Shown: positions 50,054 to 64,000, counted from the stretch's first letter. The stretch: DNA of 64,000 nt from Cystobasidiomycetes sp. EMM_F5 (GCA_051047955.1 JBPGPT010000029.1:124001-188000), one strand, 5' to 3'. Made by a program: numbers and translations. Notes: generated from the letters alone by a model not told the origin.

Positions 50054-51370
50054 CTACAGGCTACATTTATTCGACAATCCCCCTCTGGCGAAGTCTACTG
50101 TCCCAAGAATCGCCAGCGTAATGATCTGGCCCGCGCACCAGCTGACAATCACGTAGATGTAGCATTCTTTACGGCGCAGCTTGTGTATCTCTACGACAAA
50201 CGTAGACACGGTCGAAAGGCAGCCCGCAAAGCCGTCGTTGAATCCTTGCAGCACCTGACACTGCAGCCGAGTCCTCCCTGGAGTGAGCTGCAATGCTGTG
50301 CAAGCGGCGAGAACTGCGGTACCGAGCATATTGGCTACAAAGGTTCCAACTGGGAATCTCGCGAATTGCGGCCTCGTGTTGAGTTCCGATAGTAGAAAAC
50401 GAGTCCATACTCCAAAGGGTGCAAAGACAAGCGCAAACATGACGGTCCCGCGCCACTGCTCGTAGAAAATGCATACGAGAATAGCGACAAGCCAGCAAAG
50501 GACGAAAAGGGCCGCGATGGTGCTATGAGGGGCCGGATGAAGATGCGTAACATGGCGGCGTATCGGGTTCCGTGAAACAGTATTTTGGTTCCTCGCAGCA
50601 GTCTCACCGCAGTCAGGGTGCGCCAGAACTGATGTAGGATCGCTGTCATTGCCATCTAGCATATTGGGGGTGACTTCGTCTTGCCGATAGTCGTCGGGCG
50701 CGTCATCGACATGATTAGAGAGTGCATTGCCGTTGGCTTGAGGATCCGACTGGCCGGAGCGGAGTATCCTGTCCGCAAAGATGACGACTCCAAAGTGGGA
50801 ACCGAATCTATATGCTGCCACTGAGGCAGCCAGAGTAATGACCGTTTGAGACAAGCCGCTCATTGCCTGAAGATCAGTTTAGTCGAGGACGACATGGCTG
50901 CTCAGGCCGAAACAAAGGGACCGCACATTGTAGAACCCTCCGTGTACTGGAGTATTTACCTGCGCGAATCCACCAAAAACCAAGTTCATCCAGCTGGAGA
51001 ACGTTGTTATGCATCCGCAGAGGCCTGTAGAAATTCCCAAGTAGAGAAAGAGGTAGCCATTCTCGAGGGTGTCTCTTCTGGCGACGGCGCTGCCCATAAT
51101 GGCGCACCCTACCACCTGGGCCCAGATGAGTGGTGGAACAGGCTGGCCATCGTACGTGTTGATGTAAGTTAGCCCAAGCCGTATCAGAACTCCAAAGAAG
51201 CTGGCGATTCCGAGCACGCCAAAGGCAGAGAGGTCGACCAGGACGGCGTGGAAATGGGGAAGCTTTTTATCAATGGTCTGCTTGGAATCCTTTGAAGAGA
51301 TGTTGCCCTCTTTGCTGATGCTTCCTGAACGCCTGGAGGCTATCGCTCCCGTTGACGGAATGACGAGCAT
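50054..51370 (-). CDS. FEX1: Fluoride exporter with tandem CrcB domains
   Basis: FFGVLIRLGL, TGLCGCITTFSSW, FAPFGVWTRF, FPVGTFVANMLG, GFAGCLSTVSTF. Confidence 0.9.
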
Positions 51371-51544
51371 GACCTAGATAATGTGACTTTTGTGCAGCTT
51401 TTCGACGCCATTGTGCGTCTGGCCATCACGTCCATGACTTCATATTAATATCTTGGTTTGGCGGTCTTGTTGGAGCAGAGGAAACCTTTTAAACGTCGAA
51501 AGCAGCGGGCTAATCTTTGGCTATGTTCCAACTGACCAATATTA

Positions 51545-54108
51545 ATGCTCCACACGGTCGCAACGATCCATGCGTGAGCTGCGAGTGCTCTGGCGCAGCT
51601 AATGACCACGAATTATCCGCTAATTGGCTGACTTTGCCGTTTCTAAATGACGTTCATTTCGACACTGGTGCTGATTTAATTGCAGGAAATTGGGCCATGA
51701 GCCTGCTCGCATAAGCACGAGGACGACTCCAGCTGGCCAGGTAAAGTCTGGGCTGACCCAGGATGGAGCGGGCTCGCCGTCATCTATCGGTGACGTTCAC
51801 GGACTCGGCCATGTTACTACAATCCACGGCGCACCGACCGGCGTCACTGGAGCTGACGAAAGCTCTGGAGGTGGTCCAATACTCCGTGCGATCAGTAAAC
51901 ACTCGCCGTTTGGCGCGCTCCTGTCTCGAACTCTGCCAAGCTACTCTGGAGCCCACGCAGTCGGAGCAATGGACATTGAATACCCTGTAGCCAGCCCACG
52001 CAGCATAGGTTCCTTCAAGCTGAAGGCCTTTCCAGATGCCGAACCGGGCTTCAAGCTTGAGAGTAGGTTTCCGATGATAGTCTACAGTAATGGAAATTAT
52101 GAATCACAAGCCGGCTGACAATGTCTCTGTCGGCCTCAGCTGTATTGGCAACCGTATTCTACCCGTGCTTGGTTCCCAAAGTCGGAGGGAAACGAGTGGT
52201 GTGGTTTCCAAAACTCTCGCAGACAGTCAACGGGTTCCTCAAAGTACGTGCAAAGAGCAGCCACGTTCACTATTCGTACCAATAAAACCATGTCACATTC
52301 AATAGATGGCTCGTCGTACCGGCTGGCTGTACAAGACGCTGGCATATCCAATCGCTGCAGCTGCGATCTGGGGAACAACGTTTCCAGCTTACTCTGAGGC
52401 TACTCTCAAACCGCCCGAAGGCGCGACGGCCACGGAAGATGGCAGCAATGAACGACAGCACGAGACGCGATGGCCTGTCGTAATATTCAGTCACGGCGTT
52501 GGATGCTCTCGTTTGATGTACAGCAGTTTCTGTGGTGAGATTGCCTCTCGAGGCTATGTCGTCGTTGCCGTGGAGCATCGGGATGGCAGTGGGCCAAGCA
52601 GCAGCATCAAATTGGCTTCTGGAGAAACGAGAAATGTAGACTTTCTAGGTTGGCAGGATGTGACTTGGCCCGAGCTTCCGGCGGATTCGCAACCAGACAA
52701 CGATACGACGCTCCGCAAGGATCAGCTGGCTATGCGCCTGGCCGAAATGGAAGAGATAACAAGAGTAATGCGGGCCATTACACAAGGTGGATGTATCGGA
52801 GAGACCAGCGTTCGAGCGCCAGACTTTGACTGGTCTCGGTGGAGAAATGCTCTGAATGTAGATCGGCCTATCGCTTCCGGTCATAGTCTAGGTGAGCCCT
52901 TAACAACAAGTTTCGCGCCCCGTCATGGTCTCTCTAATCAGCGACTCCAATGCCACAGGGGGATCTGCGGTACTGCTGGCGGCTGCTGATCAAGCACGTT
53001 TTGACTTCCGATGCCTACTCGCTTTCGACCCTGCTATACAACGCCTCGAGCCCTGGACAGGCAGTATAAGAACTCCCTTACTGTGTGTAAACAGCTCGGA
53101 GTATACTCTATCAGCAGACTTCCGCCGGCTCCAAGCGCTTGCGAGAACTGCTGAGGACCCTCCCATATATAGCGTTAGCGGATCAACGCATCCGGTATGC
53201 GATGGAGTCTTTCGAAATGGCCGATGTTGGCTGATGCCCAGTTTGGTGATACTCGGCAGTCATTCAGCGATGTTTTCCTCATCGTTCCAGCATTCATCAA
53301 TCGTCGGTAGAGAACTTTCGTGAATACGTGACTCAAGCTGACCAATGCTACAGGTCGTACGGGCCTCAAGGTGCCTGCGAACGAGATGCTGGATACCATA
53401 GTCGATCTGACAATAGCCTTCCTACAAGGGCCTGAATTCACAAGCGAAGCCCGTCTGTTATCTGCATTGGCCAAGGAGCACGCACAGTCGCAGCTGAATC
53501 TGCATACATCTGTTCAAGGCGGTGGTCTCGATCAAGGCAGCCCGTCTAGGCAGCGGAGTCCAACAACTGCCGACATCTCGCCTGTATCGCCCGCAGCGAA
53601 AGACACCGCTTCTCGTTCGCGATTTGAGTCTAGCCTTTCGGACGCCAATACAACCCCGCGTCGACCTCCACATGGGCAGAAGCGAGCGCAATCATACCTA
53701 AAACCGATGGGTGGAAGCTTGCCGAACGGAGGATCGCCATATGGGAACCAAGCATTTGCGTCTACAGGCCCACTCCATGCACAGCTCTACGCGATGCGGC
53801 TAGGAGCGACGTCGACTGCTACTTTGACAGGAGGACGACTGGGCACTCTTGGATCAATCAATGAAGTCCGTGTGAGCGAGGTCGAACAGAAGGGAGCTCT
53901 GGGTCTGCCCGGCACCATCAATTGGCATCCTGTCGAGGCGGATGCGGGTGGTGGAGAATGGTCCAGTCGCGGTCTTTCGGCGGGCGAAGGTCTGTTTGAT
54001 GTGGTTGGCACTCCCATTGACGAGGAACGGGAGAGGGTGTCTGCTTCAAGGCGGGATGAGCAACGGCAGAACATGGATGACCTGATGTCTGATGCGACGG
54101 ATGATTGA
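51545..54108 (+). CDS. Platelet-activating factor acetylhydrolase-like alpha/beta hydrolase; multi-exon
   Basis: WPVVIFSHGVGCSR..YS..CGEIASRGYVV..VEHRDGS, spliced GHSLG-G, FDP, THP-SFSD. ATG51545 exon is in phase with the acceptor at 51685. Confidence 0.85.
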
Positions 54109-54316
54109 GGGGACAGGACGCGAGTAAGTTGTAATGCCATTGCGGGGAAGTCGTCTCCGAAAGACGGCAAACCGCGGGATTGACTAGACCTGGGGGCGCA
54201 CGCAGTCGCACTCTCGCGAGGTCGCAGCGCACGTATCTCTCCAACCCAATTACCATGTTGTCGTACAATCTTTTACCTTATCACTTGGTTTAGACGCTGC
54301 CAACCTGGGAGTTTCG

Positions 54317-57108
54317 ATGCCGGCGAGCGAGGACGCTGAGGCTGCTACTGCGAGTAAACACTGCGACGACGAGGACGAGGATGTGCTCCATGCTGCGTGC
54401 CGCTGCCTGAATGTGGAAATATGGCTGCTCAAGCGCCAGGATGACTTGTATGAAATATTTGGAAACGGCAAAGACGAGGATAACTCGCGCGGGCTGCGTG
54501 TTGCAAGTAGTCGAGTTATTCAACGACCCGCAAACGGGCTGACGGCGTATACGCAGCAACACCCATCTCTCGTCGTTGGCGAGCCAGGCGACGATGACCA
54601 GGCGAAAACCAAGACAGAGGCCGCCTTTACGTGCTTGCTGTGCGATACCTCACTGCTGACATCCCAGGTCTCCAAAGCCAAACCGGCGCTGTATCGTCTG
54701 GCTTCCGTCGTGGAGAATCTGACCGTCGGGAGAGAAGATATTGCAAAACGGAGAAGGTCGCCCGCTTTCTCGCAGCTATTCAACGCAGTAGTGCTGGACA
54801 CTCCCGCGCCGTCCACTCTGCCGCCAACGCGGTCATCGCTTCCGTCTATGTCCCTACCAGACGCCAACATTGCTGCCAATCCGGCAACGACGGCAACAGC
54901 GCAGGGTGTGTCCAAGTCTGCAGCGTCTGGCACCATATCCCCCTACCACGCCGCTGCTCGCGCCATGATCAAACGCGAAAAGATCCTGTTGGACGAACGG
55001 GCAAAGCGCTACATGCAGGAAGCCGACGTGATGGCATGGAAGGCTCGCTCATCAACTCCCAACTCTAGGCAGCCAGCGCATAGCAAGGAAGGAGGGCCTG
55101 CTCGTGCCTCCAGCAAAGACCGTAAACGTACGGCTTCCCCGGCCAAGCGGGCAGATCAAGCAGACGCTGATTCTGCAGCTTCAAGTATTCGCCCTCCCGT
55201 GGTGCTTCGCGGCGGGTTCGATTCTACTCCACCGTCACAGGTACCCGACTCGCCCTCCAGTAAACTGTCACCGCGTGCGTTTGGGACCATCCTTCCACAC
55301 GGTTCAATCACAAATAGTTTGTCGCCTCCATTCGCCCTACCGCCGCCGCCCAAATCCCCTGGATCGAGCGAGCCTGCAGCCAGTCCAGCACCGTCACCTT
55401 TCGCTATTCATGCCGGTCAAAATTTCCCTTCCCTCTTTGGCAGTCTGAAGCGGACACCATCCTTACCAAGGCGGCCTCTGCCCAGTGCCAGCCCCGGTCC
55501 TGTTCCAAATGCTGCAGTGGCAGCCGGCTCTCCGCCAAGGTCGGCGTCTGCCAATCCTTCGCAATCCCAGAGTCCGACTACGAGAAGTGCTGAAGGTTCA
55601 CGGGTTGGCGGGGTTTCGCGACATGGTCTGGACTTGGCCAAAGATGTGACAGACGCCAAAAAAGAAGTCACACCAGAAGTCGTTAGCAATGGCGTAACAA
55701 ACAGATCTAGTCCAGCCGGTACAACGTCTGCCTTGCGTGCACCGCGGTATACACACATGCCAGCAAAACCAGTGACGCAACGCAGCCCTGCTTCTTGGTT
55801 GCGATTGAATGGAATGTCTCCACCGTCTGACGCAAATCGACCTCCTGCCGACGGAGCCGTAGACGCCGCGCCGAAAGCTAACATCGAGACGACTATTGCA
55901 GAACAGAGCAAAACTCCAAGGGCGACTCCCTTGAAAGAACGTCACGTGTCATTCAAGGAACCCGAGCCTACTGCAAGGTCCGCAAGTCCTCCAGTGGAAC
56001 GATATCCTGGTCACGTAGATACCGACGTTGGTACTCAAGACAATGAAGGTACGTTTATGCATGACTGCCTCGAGCGCATTTCATTATAATCATGCTGTCT
56101 TCAGAAAACGCATTTGAAATGGACGAAGATTTAGCGTCTACTTCTGATGAGGCAGACGTGGATATCATGGTCGAGGCAGATGGCGCAAGCGGCCAAGAAG
56201 GAGATCCTCCCATAGTTCAGTCCTCTCACAGCTTGTCCGACCGGAGCTCGTTTACCCGTATCGAGCCCGTTCAGTCGTTTATCGGATCTCTGAAAGCATT
56301 TGAAGGCCGGGGTCTTCCTGGACGTGAAGTGTCGAGGGGTATGTCTTTGAGCATACCAAAGAACAACAGTGTTCAGGGAAGCTTTGCACATACCCTAATG
56401 GGACTGGACGAACAAGCTCGTCGTATGCGGGAGATCCTTGCTGTAGACGCGCCGAGCCATCGTGGGCGGCGGTCGAGAGGAGGGCAGTTCCTCAGCCTAG
56501 CCGGATACCAGGAGGATGAGATCAGCGATGGCGAGCTGGATCGAATAGCTCCCGTCAGTGCGCTCGCGACGTCTTTACCTGTCCGGATCGGCGAGTTTGA
56601 TTTCCGCCGCCGGGCAGAGATGGAATTTGAGCGGAAGACGTCTGTTCCGCAGCGCGAGCAGATGTTTGTGCCGCGCCTGAAAAAGCCAGTTGCACCGTCC
56701 GCTCATCGAGGCAAGGTGGACAGGCTGTCTCCGCTTGGCGAGGAGGACGATGCTATATCGCTCGAGACAACTTCCACCCACCGAGATGTGAAGGATGATG
56801 AGGACGGCATAAGTATACCTGGAGCTCAGGAAGAGCTCACTCGGGAGCAGGAGGCCCGCAGCACACAAGACGTATCGATCTCTTCGCCACCTGGCGTGTC
56901 TAAACTGGGCTCGACTAGTGCTGAAACTGATGCGAATATCGCCGACATGGGAAGGACCCCTCCGGGATTTGTGCCACCGCATGTGGGTCTTAGTATGCTG
57001 AAGTCTCCTTCCGAGTCACCTGACGGTTGCTTTGGTTTGAAGCTGTTGAGTCGGTCGCGAATGACTCCGACTACGCTCTTTGGCACTTCAGTGAGGGATT
57101 TAAAGTAG
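54317..57108 (+). CDS. Hypothetical protein with an N-terminal Cys pair region (CRC...CLLC) and a long Ser/Pro-rich region
   Basis: ORFs of 590 and 338 aa joined by an intron (GTACGT ~56049 to CAG ~56104). A further intron is likely near 56983. Confidence 0.7.
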
Positions 57109-57366
57109 GCCTGCAAGGTATGCGATTCAAGACAGGAAGTGGGCGCGGAGTCCAAGCTCGCCGGCAAATGTAGCGATAGATGTGGAGGGGCGAAAGCGGA
57201 GACGGGCACTTGGCTGAAGTGGCTTGTGTTTTGGGCACAAGCAAGGGGAGCAACGTGTTTGTTGGCACACGACACATAATAAATAATGGATAAAACATTT
57301 CATACGCGAGTCTTTCGACTTGATGCACGTTCATGGGTTGACTAAACACCAAACCTGTCGGGAAAT

Positions 57367-59594
57367 ATGGGCAACGACGGGGAAGCGCTGCGACGTCCGA
57401 GCCATCGTCGGAGTCACTCGTCGACGTCGCTGGCTGCCCGTCGTCGTCGGAAGCTGAGCATTGGGGCCCAAGACTCGCAAACAACGGCGGGAAAGCGAGA
57501 AATGGCTGAGGACTCGCACAGCGTCGTCGATGCGCTCGATTTATGTCTGCCATGGGTGCACCGTCTGCGGAACGCTCAGGCTGCCCTCGAGGGCTCGCTG
57601 GCTCATGTCCTGTTTGGACTGGAAATGGAACATCAAAGGTTGCGGAAACGGCGAGCAATGCAGCGGGAAAGGATTATACTGCCCCATGCGCTGCATACAG
57701 GTCTAGAAGAGTCAATAACAGACTCGGAAACCGACTTGGACGAGTACGCTGGCTGGTCTGCCGCCGGATACAGCACTGCAACAGACGACGAAGCTGACGA
57801 AGCTGACGAGCGCCGCAGCAAGACTCTCGACGGGGAATCTCTTCCCCATGGTTCTCTGGATAGATCCGACGAGGCCGACACTCTCGGCTCCTTTGCAGAC
57901 GAACTCCGCTCGTGCTTGTCGGGCGTCATGGAGGATATTCGATGGAGAATGCCGTCCAACCCCGCCCCGACCCTCGATGACTGCTTGTCTCTCTTGGACT
58001 CTCTGTCTAATCAATACCAAACCGCAATTCAGCTGCTGCAGAAGCTCAAGGCAAGCTCGTATAGCATCCCGCATCCCGATGTTAGTGCCGGATTGGCAAC
58101 ATTGAACACCTTTCGTCTTTCTATCATGGAAGCAGCGGCATTTACACAGTCTTCTTCCTCTGACACCGACACACATACACACTCCCCATCACTGCACTCT
58201 GTCCGAACGTTTTTCGAAATCGAATCCGATCGATTGACTCAACGACTTTCATCCCCGCTACCCGCGCTTGATAGACTGGCCAGCAACATATCATCCGCAA
58301 TTCACGACGCCAGTCATTTCGTGCACGACGAGGGTGAAAAGATTGTCGATTTCGTTGTTGACGAAGCCGAACGATTCAAAGAAGCTTTACGCATGGGCGC
58401 TGAGCGTCTCCTTACGTATTCTGAACTTCCGCCGGCATGGCAGAATAACAAGTATATAACTGGATCGTACCGCTTTATTCCAGCCAACCGTCCCGGCAAA
58501 CTTCTGCTGTCTACGCTGACCTGGCACAACGAAACGGTCAATAGTGAGTCACACGATGATGCGACCGTAGAGAGAGTGCTCATTCCCCGTCATATCCAGT
58601 TCATACCCACCTCATCCCATCACTGTTAATAATCTGGTACATCATTTTCGTTTTCCCCTCAACACCGCTTGGCAACCCAATAGACAACTCCGCTCTCGAC
58701 AGATCCATTTGCTTGCTCTTCCTGCTTGCTGCTCTGTCTTGCTTGCTACTATCGGCGCTTTGGCACACAGCTTCTGGATGTGCAACCTGGTCCATCTTTC
58801 ACGGGTAACTTAGAGATTGGCCTCGTGTGACCTGCGAGCAAGGCTAATCGTGTGCATGCATCCAGCTGTGCTACTCTTGATTACAACGGGGTTGTAGCTC
58901 TCATAAGCTGTTCTATCCTCACGATCACACATCAAGGTATGTGTACGCGTATTTGATCCACGTCTGCATCTTGCTAAGCTGGCTGTACCAGGCTTTCGGT
59001 GCAATCCTGTTTATAATATAGGATACAACGTCATGACGTTGCTCTTTTGTGGGGTCGGCATGTGAGCCGCGCGTTTACGGGATTAGAGCAGTCTTGTCTG
59101 AGATATACGTTCTGTTTTATCTGGCGATAGGTACCTGCCCTGGCAGGCATGGTTCGACAAACGAGAATACAAGGTTTTCCGGATCTTCTTCTTTGTGTGT
59201 TTGGCCGGCGGAGGCATCGCGCCAATGTTGCATCTGGGCATCAGCTACGGCTGGGCACAGACATGGGATTTCTTCAGTGGGTCTTTGCCGGATTTGCGAC
59301 TGTAGAGAGTGTCTGTACTCATCTCAGATTGCAGACCCCATTCTTTACAGCATCGCTGCATACAGCATCGGTCTCATGCTGTATGCCTTTGACTTTCCTG
59401 AGCGCCTATCGCCGAGCTTCAACACTCTTCTCCACTCGCATCAATTCTGGCACGTCAGCATCGTTGCTGCCATTGCTCTGCACTGGTGGGCGCTCCAATC
59501 CATGTCTGAAAAGGGCCTGCAAGGCATGTCGTGCGGGGTGGAACATGGTTCTCTAGACTGGACGAGCCGAGTACTGCGCAGACTCGAGCTATAG
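57367..59594 (+). CDS. PAQR / haemolysin-III family membrane protein, Izh3-like with a long N-terminus; multi-exon
   Basis: ELPPAWQNNKYI..SYR, WHNETVN-IHTH, SALWHT, FPER...HSHQFWHV. Confidence 0.88.
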
Positions 59595-59721
59595 AGTGTT
59601 TCGAGGAGTAGACCAGCACGGATCAGCCATCATCACGGTGACCCACCACATGTAGCATATCAAAATGAGCATCAAAATGAGCATATATCTGTTGTCTGTT
59701 GTAATCATATCGACCCAAACC

Positions 59722-61309
59722 ATGCAAACTTCGCTGCGGACGCTGCGACGCTCGCTTTTCAACGGGCTTCCGCACCAACAACGGTGCTACGCCTCGTCGT
59801 CGTCGTCGTCGTCGAATAAAACGCTCCTCCTGCTCGAACATCGCAAAGGCAAGCTCAGCCCCGCCAGCCTTTCAGCCCTCACGGCCGCCCAGGCTATCGG
59901 CGGCGACATTGTTGGACTCGTAGCCGTCGAAGAAGCCAGCGCAGGCAGTGTCGCCGACTCTGCGAAAAAGTGAGCGAAAAGCCCGGGTTTCCGGAAGTGC
60001 CGGCGTTGGATATTATCGAAATCCAGTTGTCGAGGCGCAGTAGCTACACGCAGAGCTGATAGACTAACCTGATTATTATCTTATATTCTCACTGCGTCCC
60101 CGCCATTTCGTGTTGCCGCTCCAGGCTTCCGTTGAAGAGCATCCTGGTTTTCAAAGGCCAGGGTATCGCAAAAGGCCTGGCTGAACCGCTCGCACCGCTC
60201 ATTGCAGAGACTGCAAAGCAGGGCAGCTTCTCGCACATTGTAGCTGCGCACACTGCCGTAGGGAAGAACGTCCTGCCGAGAGTAGCCGGACTGCTCGACG
60301 TCGCGCAGGTGAGAAATTGATGGATGGACTGTCCGCGCAGCACTTGAAATGGTTACCGGTCGCGTTCCCGCTAATATCACTCTTTCATACGCCAGATTTC
60401 CGACGTCCAGAAGGTTGTGAGTGGCGACACCTTCGAACGGCCAATATACGCTGGAAACGCAGTCGCTACGGTCAAGAGCCACGACGCAATCAAGATATTC
60501 ACCGTTCGGACAGCAGCCTTTGATCCAGCCAAGGAGACTGATAGCGACGCAAACGTAGAGGACGGCACCGCGTCTCCCGGCGAAGGTATGGACCGCTCTC
60601 TCAGTGCGCAGCGAGCGAGCTTCTGACCGCCGTACACTTCCCAGCTCCCTCGGAGTGGGTGTCGGAGGAGCTGACAGTCTCATCGCGACCGGACCTAGGC
60701 AGTGCAGGCAGGGTTGTATCAGGCGGCCGCGGCCTCAAGAACAAGGAAAACTTCGACCAAGTCATGACCCCGCTGGCAGATGCGTTGGGAGCTGCTATAG
60801 GTGCTTCACGGGCTGCTGTCGATTCCGGCTAGTATGTCAATTCTACCTCGGCGTAACCAGACGTGTTAGCTGAACGCTCCAATCCTACCTGAAGTGCGGA
60901 CAACTCTCTTCAAGTAGGACAGACTGGCAAGGTTATCGCTCCGGTTGGTCGGAGACGCGCAGATTAAGTGCTTAAGAATTCTGACCCATTCTTTGCTGTG
61001 CAAGGAATTATACCTGGCTGTTGGCATTTCCGGCGCCATTCAGCATCTGGCGGGCATGAAAGGTGAGCTTACTATAATGTAAATGGCATTTATCAGGCTC
61101 AATCGTGTCCTGATTGCAGACAGCAAGACTATTGTTGCAATCAACAAAGATGCCGAGGTTCGTCAGCGTCTTCCTCAGCTGCAGACTACGACCGCTGAGT
61201 TTTACGTTTGTTCAAGGCGCCCATCTTTCAGGTCGCGGATATCGGGTTGGTTGCCGACCTTTTCGAAGCTGTCCCGCAGATCGTGGACAGGCTCGGAAAG
61301 GCGGCGTAG
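59722..61309 (+). CDS. ETFA: Electron transfer flavoprotein alpha subunit, mitochondrial; multi-exon
   Basis: Presequence MQTSLRTLRRSL, GKNVLPRVAGLLD, FERPIYAGNA, VVSGGRGLK, GASRAAVDSG, QVGQTGK, GISGAIQHLAGM, IVAINKDAE-APIFQVAD. Confidence 0.95.
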
Positions 61310-61475
61310 ATGCCCGGTGAGTCCTGCTCGGCGACTTTGGTATCCGACCGGATCTCGCGGACAGCACTTCGTTTTCGTTGTGCCTGTACATCATCTGTAT
61401 CAACTTCCAACATGTACTTAGTGACTGCTGAACAATTGCAATACAGCACAAATCTGACTAAGACGTGCGACGCGA

Positions 61476-62744
61476 CTAGAAACTTGCACGACGCTGCCAA
61501 CTGGGGGCTGCTGCTCCTCCGTTCGACGACGGAGAATATGGCTGGAAGCGCGGCCTCCGCTGTCCTATAGGAGCGGGACTCAGAATGCGAGTATCGTGTT
61601 GATCTTCGGCAATGCTGAGATCTCGCTTTGATATGTAATTGACGGCCTCCAACAACGGCATAGAAAAGGCCACATCTTCAGGGCTCGGCGGCGTCATACC
61701 TGGCGTGAAATTTCGCGACGAAGATCTTGATGAGCCGGTAAACGGAGCAGTACTGGTACTGGCGCCGTCTTCGGGGTGCATGAGGTTACGGGAATACCGA
61801 TTGCTACTTCTGCTGGCCCTACCTTGAGTGAGATCGGTGCGAGATTCCTCTTTGACCAGATCTCCTGCGTATTCTCTGTCTTCCTCGTCTGCCTCAAAGA
61901 CGTCCATAGCAGTACTGTCATCCTCATCCCCATCCTCCTCTTCTATATCGTCGTTATCGGCATAACCGTTCAAGGTTCGGCGACGCCTTCGGCTTCGCTT
62001 GTTCTTGGCGACTCTCTCGTTTGCATAGGCGATGAATGTGTTACGGCTGGCAGTATTTGCAGTCGCATTCATGCTGTAGCTCCTGGATCTGCCAAGAAAC
62101 GGCGGATGGGTCCCGCTGGCCAGCATCTCCATTCCCTGCCGCCCGTGCTCCCCACTGTGCGAGTAGTGATAACGCAGTCCGTTGGCGTTTCTATATGTCT
62201 TACCGCATGAGTCGCTGCAAGATGTTTCGCAAAGCAGAACAGACACATGCGAAGCTTCAGCTTTGTACCGCGACGGGACTGCCGGGCAGCTCACACATCG
62301 TGGCATCGAAAAGGATATTCCGCGTCGTTGTCCGGTCTTGAGCTTGTGTCTTTGCATTTGCCGTGAAGCTTGTGGTACTATATAATTAAAAGCGGGCCAT
62401 CAGAGAAGCCTGCACAAGCAAGAGTATTTTCGAGGGTTTACCTTTAGGCCATTCAATTGTCTGTACGCTTTTGAGCACGAAGCGTTGGGACAGCGAAATG
62501 GCTTTTCCTGGAGGATGTATCCAAAGTAGTCCCAGCAGCGTGGAAAAAGTTGGGGGATCAACGAGAGGATTACAAGAATGTCAGCGCGCTGTTGGAAACA
62601 GTCCAAGTCTGGATCAAGACTTGAACGTACGATATTTGCGACCCAGCGTCTTCCAGCTGTCGACAGCGGTTCCGTCGACGTTGACGCTACGGCTTCGGGA
62701 GTTTCAGCATCTTCATCGCCTCCGGACGCTGAGTCCAATGCCAT
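61476..62744 (-). CDS. C2H2 zinc-finger protein with Sfp1-type fingers; multi-exon
   Basis: EKPFRCPNASCSKAYRQLNGLK and C.DSCGKTYRNANGLRYHYSHSGEHG. Confidence 0.75.
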
Positions 62745-63064
62745 TGCCTGGGTTGTCAATATCTGCGACGGTGCTGAGCTCAAGCAAAAAGAGCTACGCC
62801 GGCCTGCTTGGGATCCTAGAGAAAAAAATATGACTGCACGTGACTGCCGCGCCCGCAATGAAAATTTTGCTCGAGCCAGCGAAGAATTTTACAACACGAA
62901 CGATACGGCGACAGGTGAGGGACACGGGGGACAGCGCGGCCGTTATTCATAGGAATACGTCGGCGGAAAAGCGCAGGTATGGATCGCGTTTTCAGCATCG
63001 AAATCCGGCTTCTACAACAACAGCGACTGATTCACTGACTCTGCGGAGGCTAGCGAAAGCAGCC

Positions 63065-64000
63065 TCATGCTCTCTTGGCAAACTTGCGCACGTCAGCGTC
63101 CGCAAACATTCTCCATATAGGCAGGGCGATCTGAATACAAAAAGGCGTTGTTACAAGTACCGTAAGAATCGGACCGATTTCACGTTTTGCTGCAATGAGC
63201 GAGCACATACCGCAGCAATGATCTGCCAAAGCGGATCTATAAAGGCATTTGAAAGAGGCGATGCCCCTCTGGCCGCGTTGCGGAAAATATGACCAATAGT
63301 GTCGGAAGTGATGAGGAAGTTGCCCCTCTCAACACCTGCGCAATGGCACAGCTGCTCAGCCAGTCCCGTCTTCAGGACATGTCACACAAGGCTGCTTACC
63401 ATTTATGAGTGCCTGTGCACACTGCTCGGGAGTCTTGCCATCGTCGGGACCTTCGATCTTTTTCGTGATTGCCGGCTTGCATTTTTCTTCTTCTTCGTAG
63501 CCAGGCGAGTGAATCGTGCCAGGAAAGTAGCAGTGGATACGGATGCCATACATGAGAAACTCGCTCCTGAGGGTATCCGCCAAACCTGTACCATCTTATA
63601 CTCAGCAAATATTCAACTCGGCTGGGCCTGAAGTACACACCGCGGATGGCGTGTTTGGCAGGAGCATATGCAGAATATCCAGCAAATGAGAACAGGCCGA
63701 CAACAGAGCTCGTCAGAACAATCTTGCCGCGGATGTTGTTTGCAATCATTCGTTTGGCAGCAGCCTGCCGAAATGTGCAAGGTGCTCAGGCGTGTGTGCG
63801 CGCATCCACAGCCAGTCCACATACATGAGTTGTCCATAGAACAGTCTCGTAGTTGACTTGCCAGCCTTGTGACAGCTGCTCGGCGCTGAGGTCCTGGAAC
63901 ATGCCCAGAATGCTCCCCGCACCGCCCGAGCACGCAAAGACGTACTCCGGACACGGTATCCCGTTAATCGCACTGTACTCGTTGAATGCCTTGTCTGCCC
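63065..64000 (-). CDS. TSC10: 3-ketodihydrosphingosine reductase (SDR), 5' part outside the window
   Basis: KIVLTSS...GYSAYAPAKHAIRG-LADTLRSE, FPGTI.SPGYEEE...KP.ITKKIEG. The last exon ends RKFAKRA-TGA. Confidence 0.88.

Noticed and set aside
59657..59684. 12-bp tandem duplication ATCAAAATGAGC upstream of ETF-alpha, and (TCG)n runs at ~33720 and ~59794
   Set aside because: Ordinary slippage repeats; the trinucleotide runs encode poly-Thr and poly-Ser.
1..64000. tRNA, rRNA, CRISPR or prokaryotic operon features
   Set aside because: None recognised by eye in this intron-rich eukaryotic sequence. Small ncRNAs cannot be excluded without tRNAscan-SE or Infernal.

Overview
Gene-dense eukaryotic DNA with short spliceosomal introns (about 50-110 nt, CTGAC/CTAAC branch points), most consistent with a basidiomycete yeast-like fungus; the taxon is inferred. 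About 31 protein-coding loci are supportable. Recognisable ones include a BRD8-like bromodomain protein, septin CDC10, a universal stress protein, ketopantoate reductase, a GT34-like glycosyltransferase, STE23/insulysin, DOA1, an expansin-like DPBB protein, SIN3, DUF3074, NUR1/Mug154, PPE1, SKN7, USE1, a PQ-loop transporter, FEX1, a PAF-acetylhydrolase, a PAQR/IZH protein, ETF-alpha, an Sfp1-like zinc finger and TSC10. No rRNA, tRNA, transposon or CRISPR array was recognised. The main unexplained feature is a tandem array at 14.5-18.3 kb of four highly diverged small paralogues with no coding-region introns. They share a domain I cannot assign to a known family (P-x-[VI]-D...W...D-x2-LW...RLQAL-x-M-[EA]-F). 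The fourth copy has a single in-frame TAG with the domain continuing intact beyond it. Exon boundaries were read by eye and gene ends are approximate.
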